Part shown: positions 1-12,013 of the stretch, in pieces
How the letters are laid out: each line of letters opens with the position of its first letter
Position numbering within the stretch: the first letter of the stretch is position 1
NCBI RefSeq assembly: GCF_006345805.1
Contig: NC_043026.1
Span: forward strand, 3,472,001-3,536,000
Direction: 5' to 3'
Origin: Octopus sinensis
Lineage: Eukaryota
Length of the DNA stretch: 64,000 bases
Translations under genes and position numbers: made by a program
Notes under the pieces: generated by a model
What the model saw: only the letters and a program-made list of their open reading frames with translations
What the model was told of the DNA's origin: nothing
Databases searched by the model: none

Positions 1-332
1 CAGTGTGTAACTGGTACTTATTGAATTGACCCCAAAAGGAAGAAAGGCAAAGTCGACTTTGATGGAATTTGAACTCAGACTGTAGCAGCAAACGAGTCAT
101 CATAATATTAATAATAATAAGAATGGCTTCAAATTTTAGCACAAGGCCAGCAGTTTCAGGGGAGCAGGTAAGTTGATTACAGCGACCCCAGAACTCGAAA
201 GGTACTTATTTTATCGACCCTGAAAGAATGGAAGTTGACATCGGCAACATTTGAACTCAGAACGTAAAGACAACCAAAATGCTGCCAAGCATTTTGCCCA
301 GCATGCTAACTGTTCTGCTAGCTCACCACCTA

Positions 333-365
<33 letters not shown>

Positions 366-579
366 AATAAACAATAACAAGAACCATACTTTTCCTATTT
401 TATATCCTTCATATGTCCCCATTTACTTTCATCTCTCTCTCTCTCATTCACTGTCTCCTTTTAAATATCACCTTCAACATTTCATTTCCCTTCATTTACA
501 TAAACATATATATATTATGTGTGTATATGTATATATCTGTATATATATTTATATATATATATATATATATGTGTGTGTG

Positions 580-628
<49 letters not shown>

Positions 629-1285
629 GTATCATCATCATCATCGTTTAACGTCTGCCTTCCATGCTAGCATGGGTTGGACGATTTTGACTGATGGCTA
701 GCAAACCAGATGGCTGCACCAGGCTCCAATGTTGATCTGGCAGAGTTTCTACAGCTGGATGCCCTTCCTAACGCCAACCACTCCGAGAGTGTAGTGGGTG
801 CATTTTACGTGCCAGTAAGGCGACGTGTATATATCTATATTCTTTTATTCTTGTATTTGCTTCAGTCATTTGAGTGTGGCCATGCTGGAGCACTGCCTTT
901 AGTCAAACAAATCAACCTCAGGACTTATTCTTTCTAAGAGACCAATAGGTCTCTTTAGCCAAATTGTTAAGTTACAGGGATGTAAACATACCAATATTGG
1001 TTGTCAAGCTCTGTTGGTGGGAGAAACAGAGACACATAAATATATATGATGGGCTTCTTTCAGTTTCCGTCTAACAGATCCACTCACAAGGTTTTGATTT
1101 GCCCAATGTACCATGCAATAGAACTGAACCCAGAGCCATGTGGTTGGCAAGCATGCTTCTTACCACACAGCCACTCTTGTGCCCTTGCCCCACTGCTTCT
1201 AATTCTTGTCACCTCCCACTTTACCACTCCCTCTTTACGTTGTCTCTCATAATATATATATATGTTATGTATGTATATATATATA

Positions 1286-3075
1286 TCATCATCATCATCA
1301 TCATCATCATCATTTAACGTCCGCTTTTCATGCTAGCATGGGTTGGACGGTTCAACTGGTGTCTGGGGAACCCGAAGGCTGCACCAGGCCAGTCAGATCT
1401 GGCAGTGTTTCTACAGCTGGATGCCCTTCCTAACGCCAACCACTCCGAGAGTGTAGTGGGTGATTTTATGTGCCACCGACACAGGTGCCAGCCGAGGCTG
1501 GCGAACGGCCACGCTCGGATGGTGTTTTTATGTGCCACCGACACAGGTGCCAGACAAGGCTGGCAGACGACCACGCTCGGATGGTGTTTTTATGTGCCAC
1601 CGACACAGGTGCCAGACGAGGCTGGCGAACGGCCACGCTCGGATGGTGCTTTTATGTGCCACCGACACAGGTGCCAGACAAGGCTAGCAGACGACCACGC
1701 TCGGATGGTGTTTTTTTTTTTTTATGTGCCACCGACACAGGTGCCAGACGAGGCTGGCGAACGGCCACGCTCGGATGGTGTTTTTATGTGCCACCGACAC
1801 AGGTGCCAGACAAGGCTAGCAGACGACCACGCTCGGATGGTGTTTTTATGTGCCACCGACACAGGTGCCAGACAAGGCTAGCAGCCGACCACGCTCGGAT
1901 GGTGTTTTTTATGTGCCACCGACACAGGTGCCAGACGAGGCTGGCGAGCGGCCACGCTCAGATGGTGTTTTTATGTGCACCGACACAGGTGCCAGACAAG
2001 GCTAGCAGACGACCACGCTCGGATGGTGTTTTTTATGTGTCACCGACACAGGAGCCAGATTAGGCTGGCGATCGGCCACGATTGGATGGTGATTGTTACG
2101 TGCCCACAGCATGGAGGCCAGTCGGTGCGGTACTGGCTACGGCCACGTTCGGATGGTATTCTTGTGTGCCACCGGCACTGGTACCACAAAGATACAAATT
2201 CCATTGATGTTCATCTATTTTGATTTTGTTTGATTTTCACTTGCCTCAACAGGTCTTCACAAGTGTCACAAGAAGGAAGGTATGCACAGGTGGACTGACT
2301 ACGTCCTAGGTAGGGGCACGGGTTATGGCCTGACTAGTCTTGCCGGGTCTTCTCACGCACAGCATACTTCCATAGGTCTCGGTCTCTAGTCATTTCCTTG
2401 GTGAGACCTAAAGTTCGTAGGTCGTGCTTCACCACTTCGTCCCAGGTTTTCCTGGGTCTACCTCTTCCACAGGTTCCCTCAACTGCTAGGGTGTAGCACT
2501 TTTGCACACAACTATCTTCAGCCATTCTCGTCATATGACCATACCAGCGCAGCCGTCTCTCTTGCACACCACAACTGACGCTTCTTAGGTTCAACTTTTC
2601 TCTCAAGGTACTTACACTCTGACGATTATGAACACTGACATTACACATCCATCGGAGCATACTGGCTTCATTTCTTGCGGGCTTACGCATATCCTCAGCA
2701 GTCACGGCCCATGTTTCACTACCATGTAGCATGGCTGTACGTACACATGCATCATAAAGTCTGCCTTTTACTCTGAGCGAGAGGCCTTTTGTCACCAGCA
2801 GGGGTAAGAGCTCTCTAAACTTTGCCCAGGCTATTCTTACTCTAGCAGTTACACTTTCAGCACACCCACCCCCGCTACTAACTTGGTCTCCTAGGTAGCG
2901 GAAGCTATCAACTACTTCTAGTTTGTCTCCCTGGAACGTGGTAGAAGTTGGTCTCTGCACATTTCCAGTGTTTATTTCTCCTGAGCATCTGCCACATACG
3001 AAAACTATCTTCCCAGTTAGCCTACCTTTGACATTGCTGCACCTCTTATGTGTCCATAGCTTACACTTGGTGCAC
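1286..3075 (-). mobile_element. 5'-truncated RTE-clade LINE
   Basis: ORF 2334-3143 (FRYLG, LHGSETW, RRLRWYGH, RGRPRKTW), 3' UTR with 62-bp repeats, (GAT)n tail. Confidence 0.9.
1469..2095. repeat. ~62-bp tandem array, 10 units, within the RTE 3' UTR
   Basis: tgtgccaccgacacagg at 1469, 1531, 1593, 1655, 1725, 1787, 1849, 1912, 1974, 2036. Confidence 0.92.
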
Positions 3076-3310
3076 ATATATATATGTATATATTTTATTC
3101 CTTTATTTGTTTCAGTCAATTGACTGCAGCCATGCTGGAGCACTGCCTGTAGTCAAATATAAATGGACCCCAGTTCTTATTCTTTGTTTTGCCCAATACT
3201 TATTCTATCAGTCTCTTTTGCCAAATCGCTAAGATACAGGGACGCAAACACATCAAAATTGGTTGTCAAGCAAAGCTGGGGGACAAACATAAACACAAAC
3301 ATATACACAC

Positions 3311-3345
<35 letters not shown>

Positions 3346-4049
3346 ATCAAAATTGAACCAAATTCGATGACTGGCACCCGTGCCAGTGGAGCGCTAACAG
3401 CACCGTCCGAGTGTGATCATTGCCAGCGCAGCCGTCTGGCTCCCGTGCCGGTGGCACATGAAACGCACCATTTGAGCATGATCGTTACCAGCATTGCCTC
3501 ATTGGCACTTGTGCTGGTGGCACAAAAAATGATTCGAGCGAGGTCGTTGCCAGTGCCGCTGGACTGGCTCCTGTGCAGGTGGCACATAAAAGGCACCATT
3601 TGAGCGTGGCCGTTGCCAGTATCGCCTGACCGGCCCTTGTGCCAGTGTAACGTAAAAGCAGCCAGTACACTCTCGGGATGGTTGGTATTAGGAAGGGCAT
3701 CCAGCTATAGAAACTCTGCCAGATGAGATTGGAGCCTGGTGCAACCATCTGGATCACCAGTCCTCACTCAAATTGTCCAACCCATGACAGCATGGAAAGC
3801 GGACGTTAAACGACGATGATGATGATGATGATATCGGGCTTCTTTCATTTCCGTCTACCAAATCTTCTCACAACTCTTTCGTTGTCCTGAGGCTATAATA
3901 GTAAACACTTGCTCAAAATATCACGCTGTGGAACTGAACCCGGAACTATGTGGTTGGGAAGTAAGCTTCTTACCACTCAGCCACTCCTGTGTGTGTGTGT
4001 ATATATATATATATATACACCACAGATTCACAAACCTAAAGATCCTGAC

Positions 4050-4570
4050 TCCATACGGATTTATAGTGGCAGAGCTGATGCTGGGAATGGCCAATGAGCT
4101 GGTGTTGACAACAACAACAACAGAAGCACAGTGGCAGTGACCGGATGGGTGTCTTTGAGACCAGAGCCTTAAACGGCTGAAAAGAGTGGAAGGGTCAACT
4201 ACAACAGTTGTTGCAGACTTGATAATATAAACAAAGAGAAAAACGATGAAAGAGGGAGGAAATTGATGAAGAGGAGGCATGTAAATAAACTCTGGGTCTA
4301 CATTGATGGAAAATAAGTTGAAAAACAGCATCAGAAGATCTGACCTCTCTGGCTGTATTCAAAATCAAAAGAGGTCAACCAGATGACATTAAATATAGAA
4401 TGACTTGAAGAGATTTGAAATCTGGAGGAGCCTTTCTCTCTACTTGTGTAACCCCTGGCAATGTCTTGCACATAGAAAGAAAGAAGTGGTTGAAGAGGAA
4501 GAAGAACAACAATGATGACAAATCTACTCCAGTACTTGACTGGTTCTTTATCAATCATAATATAAAGTAA
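4050..4570 (+). pseudogene. Remnant paralogous to the 18537-19304 module
   Basis: Hand translation: DQSLKRLK vs NRDLRRLK; VFKIKRGQPDD vs VVDIKDGKCKD; CVTPGNVLHI vs GVTSFGDVVVV; VLDWF vs FVEWF; stops and frameshifts. Confidence 0.5.
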
Positions 4571-5847
4571 AGCTGACCTCACTAGGTATTGAACTCAGGG
4601 CACCAGAGCAGATACTGGAAACAGTCTTTTAGTAAAATGTGTGAATGCCTTTGCCAACTGACCCCTTTTCACATGAATAAGTTTACTTGTTTAACTGTTT
4701 GATTTCTATGAATATATTATTGCTTGAGGGAGCATCATTAGAGAAACATAACCAGGTCGTACCTTGGTCAGGTAATAACAACTGATTAATTACATTATAT
4801 ACAGGTGCATGTTCATTGGTATATCTGATGTTAACTTGGAATTGTTTAATTTTTAGACAATTCTCTTGGTTAACTTGAAGAAATATACAAATTTATAACA
4901 TAGATTATTATTATTAAAAATACAATATTTAAATGTAATTTATAAAAATATATTAAAAATACAATCTTTTTAAATTTAATAGGATGTTTAACTTTTATAA
5001 TTCCAAAATACAATTTATAAAGTTGAAATATTGAAACATTAAAATTATTTTTATAAACAGTAAATATATTTAAAGAAAAGAAATACATTTGTTTAAAATA
5101 TATTAAAACTATGATTTCCATTTTTGATTTTTAACTGAAAGTTAATTCTTGTCTAGCAATGCTATAGTTAAAAACTCTCTAACCATGACCCTCCCATAAG
5201 TTGTCATGATTGAATATGTTTTAGGGGCATTTTAGGGAGTTTGTTGTTAGTTTGTAATAGAGTTTATAATAAATGCAGACAATGTGAAGTAATTCTCAGA
5301 AGCCATCCATCTTATAAATAATATCGAAGATGGTGAGAAAACATATTTAATGCATTGCACATTAAAATGTTGATGTAGGATAAAGATGTGCTGAGAGAGA
5401 AAATATATGTTGTCACCAAATTGTTTAATATTTAAACAATTCTTCTTGTTTGCTTCAAGATATAAAATAGAAATGAAATCACCAGAACAATTCCATTTAT
5501 ATACAAAGTTTAATATTGAAATAAAAAATCAGTTTAAAACATTTCAATTAGTAGAATCATTAGAATGGTATTAGTACTGACACTTTGTGTTCTGGGTTCA
5601 AATTCTGGCATGGTCAACTTTGACTTTTATTATGCAGGGGTCAATAATTTAAATACTAGTTTGAGGTGGTAGAATTAAATACTGGACACGATGCCTTCTA
5701 GTAGGTAATGTGGTTCTTTATGAACTGAGTTCAAATCCCATTGTGGCCAACCTATGTTGCAGACTAAATCTATCACCAAATTTCACACCAAAAGCTGGCC
5801 CCTGAGCTGCTTTTAGCAGAAGATTTCTCTTTTATGTGCATTCACGT

Positions 5848-7243
5848 TAGGCCCTTGTTTTGAGAATGTGTTTCTCCCACTCACCACTGTCGAAGACCCT
5901 AAAAAAAGAAAGGTTATATGCAGGGCCGTTCTTGACTAAACTTATTAAAAATTAAGTTTATGAAAAACAGCCAATTAATTTATCTGCCATGAAATTAATT
6001 TGCAAATTTTAAATTTCACTTAAGACTTAGAAATCCACTTTAAACTACGTAAAATGATGTATCCTTAGATGAACATTTCCATCAAATAGTTTTGACATAG
6101 TTATAACACAACCATACTTTATGTTATATTCTGGAAATGAAAGGTTTTACTTGTGATGTGACACTGCAAAATGTTTAAACAATGTCTATTCTATAAAATG
6201 GTGTGTGAAAATAAAACAATATCTATATAACAGTATATTTATGTTTGAAATAAGTCTAATGAATGTTTAGTAATGTAAATGTGGTGGTAAATTGTGTGTT
6301 AAATAAATAGGAGAAGAATATTATTTACCAGGGTTGGTTATTGGGTTTTGATACTGGCTTGAAGTCTTTCTGTCTCAGAAATATCCTGTGAGTCTGCTTC
6401 GCTCGAACAGCAATGAAGATATGGCAACAGTTAAGAGGATACTTATAATATATCCGGGAGTAGTAGGCATTGCCTCCTCGTGTGTGTGTGTGTGTGTGTA
6501 TACATCTATGTATGTATGTATGTATGTATATATAGATGGATATACACATACATGTCTGTGTGTATATACATTTCTATGTGTGTATAGGTGTGGGAGCGGC
6601 TGTGTAGTAAGTAGATTGCTTACCAACCACATGGCTCTGGGTTCAGTCCCACTGTGTGGCACCTTGCACAAGTGACTTCTACTATAGCCTCGGGTCGACC
6701 AAAGCCTTGTGAGTGGATTTGGTAGACGGAAGCTGAAAGAAGCCCGTCGTATATATATATATATGTATGTGTGTGTATATGTCCCCCATAGCTTAGCAGT
6801 TTAGCAAAAGAGACTGATAGAATAAGTACTAGGCTTACAAAGAAAAAATCCTGGGGTTGATTTGCTCAATTAAAGGCAGTGCTCCAGCATTGCCATGGAC
6901 TTGTTAGAAATAATAAAGAAATTTTCCTGAAATAACATACAACCTTCTCATAAATACACACACACATATATATAGATATGCTTATTTTTATATACGTATG
7001 TGTATATATATATATGTGTGTGTGTATATATATATACACATACACACACACTGTGTATATATATATATACACATACACACACACTCACATGTTTATATAT
7101 ACACATGTGTGTATATATATACATGTTTGTGTATGATAGTAACATAACTATGGTGTTACTGTTGTGAAACAGGCATTTCTTATGCTTGAAGAATTTTGGT
7201 ATTGGTCTGGAATCCAACAGCTCAGAGCTCAGGTTGGGTTTCT
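5848..7243 (-). CDS. Candidate last three exons of an unidentified gene (7243-7160; ~6470-6331; 5899-5848)
   Basis: KPNLSSELLDSRPIPKFFKHKKCLFHN / ...RIFLRQKDFKPVSKPNNQPW / VFDSGEWEKHILKTRA*; strong acceptor ctttctttttttag near 5900. A phase-consistent + strand reading also exists. Confidence 0.3.
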
Positions 7244-7510
7244 CTGCAAATAATCTACCAGGAACTAACTTATATGTATGTGTGCACATATGTATATGTA
7301 TTCTCTTATTCCTTTACTTGTTTCAGTAATTTGAATGTGGTCATGCTGGAGCACCACCTTTAGTAGAAGAAATCGATCCGAGGACTTACTCTTTGTAAGC
7401 TTAGTAGTTTTTCTATTATTCTTTTTTGCTGAACTGCTAAGTTATAGGGGTGTAAACACAGCAACACTGGTTCTCAAACGATGGTGAGGGTGGACAGTCA
7501 CAGATGCACA

Positions 7511-7581
<71 letters not shown>

Positions 7582-7715
7582 GAATGTGTATTTTTTCTTG
7601 TTAACAATTAACACGGAAAAAATACATAAACAGGTACCAGGAAGTAAAAGAATTTGAACAACACTCGCATTTAACTCTATATCTCTATCTGTCTATCTAT
7701 CTATCTACCTATCTA

Positions 7716-7781
<66 letters not shown>

Positions 7782-8240
7782 CATATATATACACACACAC
7801 ACACAAACACACATGTACTTTGGTTATAGTAGATGACACTTGCTTAAGGTGCCACACAGTGGGACTGAACCTGGAACCATGTAGTTGGGAAGCAAGCCTC
7901 TTATCACAAAGACACTCCTGTTGTTATTTGGATTTGATTTTCACTTCCTTCCTCTTAAGATCTAAAAATCCATTTTGAAATAATTCCAGTTGTTTCCAAC
8001 TGATAAAGCATTCATTTACATTTACTCAACAACTCAAGGGTTTTGTTTACACATTGGTCCCCAAAATGCAAGTATTCACATCCCCACCACCACCACCACC
8101 ACAAAAAAAAACCCCACTCTCATCACCATCATCATCTTATTCATTAGTTTCAGCGGTCATTTATTAAAAATATAATTATTTATTTCGTAAATATTCTTTC
8201 CAATTAATTGTTTTGTTTTCTTTCCTTTTTTTTTCCATGG

Positions 8241-8291
<51 letters not shown>

Positions 8292-8461
8292 CACACAGCC
8301 TAGATTGTTATGTATTGTTGGTTTTCAAATTTGACAATCCTCAATGCTTATTGCACAAACTTGCTTTGCGTATTGTTTTTGTTTTCCTGTACAGGACCTC
8401 ATTCTTTCCTCTCTCTCTCTTTCTCTCTTTCACTCTCTCTCTCTCTCTCTCTCACTCTCTT

Positions 8462-8504
<43 letters not shown>

Positions 8505-8795
8505 AAATAATCACTCTGAAATCATTTGATCCTTGTTGTTCTTTTGATTTCGTTTCCCCTCCCTCCCTCTCAACATCTAACAATCTGCTTTTGTGTCACA
8601 ATGGCTAAGCTGCCTTTAGACAAAAATAAATATAATTGAAACCTCTTTGCAAACTGATAACACATTCATTGACAGATTCAGGGTCATCTCAAGGGTTTTG
8701 CTTTTAAAACCCTTAGAAACTGTGGTTTTTCTAATGAATATGCATTGTTCAGTATAAATTTCACTTTCTTCAGTCTGGATGCAAATACTTACACC

Positions 8796-8827
<32 letters not shown>

Positions 8828-9156
8828 CAACAGCATTATCACCTTCATCATCATCATCATCACCATCACAATCACTGTGTAATTTTGAATTTATTAAAAA
8901 TAAATTTATTTATTCTATTTTTATTTCCGTTCACTAATTAAAAAGGTGAAGCAGCACCTTTGGGTGTTTTCCTTTTTCCTATCAGAATACAATCTTGGAT
9001 GTTTTCATATATTCATAAGTTCAATTAGAGGTGAATTTTGCCTTAGTTAAGGGATTGCACCATTCAAGGAGTTACTGGTTAAATACCTAACATGTTTAGG
9101 GAAAATGATAGGAAAATGGGATATACCAATACTATATTTGCATACACATGCATAAA

Positions 9157-10280
9157 CTAAGAATATGCAAATGACTTGCATGTTTCTTTAGGAATTTTTT
9201 CCCATTCTTCTTGACAAATTTTCTTCAAATCTGCAATGCATGTTGGGGCTCTTAAATGAATTTTAATTTTCAAATAATGCAACAAATTTTCAATGGGGTT
9301 CAAGTCAGGTGGCTGGCTTGGCCATTCTAATAATTTTACATTGTGATCGACAATCCATTTTTTGGTAGACTTCGCTGTGTGTTTAGGATTGTTATCCTGT
9401 TGTAAAACCCACCCTTCACAAAGCTGGAGCTTTTTTACAGAGTCCCATAAATCATTGTTCAAAATATTTTGGTACATCTCTGCATTCATTCTACCATCTA
9501 TCACATGTAAATTTGCAGAGAAACACCCCCACACCATGATGTTGCCTCCTCCAAACTTTACGGTAGGAATTGTGTTTTTCGGCGAATAGGTGGTACCATC
9601 TTTCCTCCGAACATGGCTACGTGAATTTCGTCTAGGCAATTCAATTTTTGACTCATCTGTCCATAGAACGTTGTCCCAGAACGTATCAGATTTATCCTTA
9701 TGTTCATAAACAAATTTTAAACGGGCATCTCTATGCCTTTTAGTCAACAGCGGAGTTTTTCTAGGAGAGCGTGATTTCAGTTCATTCCTATGAAGTTCAT
9801 TGCTGATTGTTCGTAGTGTAACACTAGTCTCTGAAGCTAACAAATCTTCTTGCAACTCCTTTCTGGTGATCATTGCGTTTTTTTCCAATTCTTCACTTAA
9901 GATCTAGGGGAAATCTTGCATGGTGCACCAGATCTTATTCTGTTTTCAACAGTTCCTGATTTTTTTTATATCTTTGAATAAATGAAGATATGGTAGAAAA
10001 TGGAATACAAAGGGTCTCTGATATTTTCCTGTAACTTTTACCTCTTTTCCACTGTTCAATAATTAAGTTTTTCACTGAATTTGTGAGTTCTTTACTTTTT
10101 GCCATTATTACGATACTACATTATGTTGTCTCAATGTTGAATGAAGAAGCTAGTGTTTTGACACTTAAAAATGACAACTGATAAGATTATTGGAACAAAC
10201 GAGAAAATAATTTTAACAGTATTTTGTGGCATAGAAAATCATAAATTTATTCTGTATGAATACTTTTTTCACCCCTAAAT
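9157..10280 (-). mobile_element. Tc1/mariner transposon, decayed DD34E transposase
   Basis: WTDESK, IMVWGCF, QQDNNPKH, EWPSQPPDLNPIENL; 34 residues counted between D and E. TIR-like gggtgaaaaaagtattc only at the right end. Confidence 0.9.
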
Positions 10281-11147
10281 ATTTATAATTGTATATAAAC
10301 TCCTTAGTTACTATAATTTATTAGTTTCTTTTGCATATTCTTAGTTTATGCAGGTGTATGCAAATATAGTATTGGTATATCCCATTTATGTTCATTAGAA
10401 ATTAAATAAATAAAGAATTATGACATGTACGAATATTTATTTCCCCACCACTGTATGTATATATTTGTTTGTCTGTGGTTGTCCACACCATTGCTTGACA
10501 ACCGATGTTGGTGTGTTTACATCCCTGTAACTTTGTGATTCGGCAACAGTGACTGACAGAATGAGTACAAGGTTTACAATGAATAAGTCCTGGGGTTGAT
10601 ATGCCTGACTGAAGGTGGTGCTCCAACATGGCCACTGTCATGTGACTAAAACAAATAAAAGACTAAAAGAATATCTATACACACACACACACACACATAT
10701 ATATACATATGTAGTATTGACCTCTAGTGTAAAGGTCACGGCCATGCAGGGGCACCACAGTATCATCATATTCTCTATCTATCTATCTATCTATCTTTCT
10801 ATCTATCTATTTATCTAACCATCCATCTGCATAGATATATAAACACTCTTTTATTCTTTTACTTGTTTCAGCAATGGGACTGTGGTCATGCTGGAGCAAT
10901 GCCTTAACGGGCTTTAGCCGAACAAATCGACTCCAGGGCTTACTTTTTGAAAGCTTAGTACATATTCTGGCAGTCTTTTTTACCGAATGAAATTACAGGG
11001 ATGTAAACACACCACCATCGGTTGTCAAGTTATGATGAGGGTGGAAAGGAGGCAGACACACAGACAGGCACACCTACATGCACATGAATCTATATATATA
11101 TATATTATATTTATCTATCTATCTATATTTATATATATTATCTATAT

Positions 11148-11188
<41 letters not shown>

Positions 11189-11427
11189 ATTTATTATATA
11201 TATATATATAATATATATATATTATATATGGGTAATTGAATGAATTATCTTATTAAGGATAATTCGAAAGATAACCGATACCTGGGTAGCAAATTCACAT
11301 CAGAAAGAACACGGTTGAAGCTACGTCCATAGGGCATAGACTACGTGTCTCCGTGTGGAAATTTGTATGTTTATTTTAAAATTATAAGTATATGAAAGAA
11401 TGGAGTTGAACGACTAGTTAACAAATA

Positions 11428-11524
11428 TCCTTTATTCTCGACATATGTTTCGAAGGCTGCATATTCCTAATTCCGAAGGAATAAGGAGTACATTATGCAG
11501 ATTTCTCATCAGGAAAATCAAGGA
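11428..11524 (-). ncRNA. Type I hammerhead ribozyme motif (intact core)
   Basis: - strand: tccttgattttc-CTGATGA-long stem II-GAAAC-atat-GTC-gagaataaagga; stem I 12 bp with one mismatch; palindromic stem III (acatatgt). Confidence 0.8.
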
Positions 11525-11922
11525 ACTTATGTCGACATCAAAATGCACAAAAATCTTTTAGCTGACCGCTCTCAAGGAGCCTATGGCGATAATGAGTGTC
11601 TCTTTATAATGAGTGATGTCAGAGTGGCTGAATGTAGAAGAATCTAGAAGTTTCTAAAGGTTCAAGAGTTCAAACGAAGTAGGAGGAGGGAGGCATAAGA
11701 ATAGTAAGGTGAGAGAGTGCAGGTCAAAAGAATGGTGGGTTTAAATGATTTCTTTTGTGAATGAGTGCCTGTGTGTGTGACTGTATATAACTGTTTTAAT
11801 GTGTGTATGTGTGTGTCTGAATGCGTGATTGTGTTTGTGGATGGGTAGATGTCAGAAAACTGACAGCTGTGAGATAAAAGATCTGTGTCTGTGTGTTCGA
11901 TTATGTTTACTGTAGAGAAAGC

Positions 11923-12013
11923 ATTTTCCTGATGAGAAATCTGCATAATGTACTCCTTATTCCTTCGGAATTAGGAATATGCAGCCTTCGAAACATATGT
12001 CGAGAATAAAGGA
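11923..12013 (+). ncRNA. Type I hammerhead ribozyme motif (stem I 5'-truncated)
   Basis: CTGATGA at 11929-11935, GAAAC at 11990-11994, GTC ending 12001; only attttc of the 5' stem I strand remains. Confidence 0.7.

Noticed and set aside
413-701. IY/YI-repeat and poly-H/poly-I ORFs here and throughout the window
   Set aside because: Translations of (AT)n, (CAT)n, (TAT)n and (ATGT)n microsatellites.
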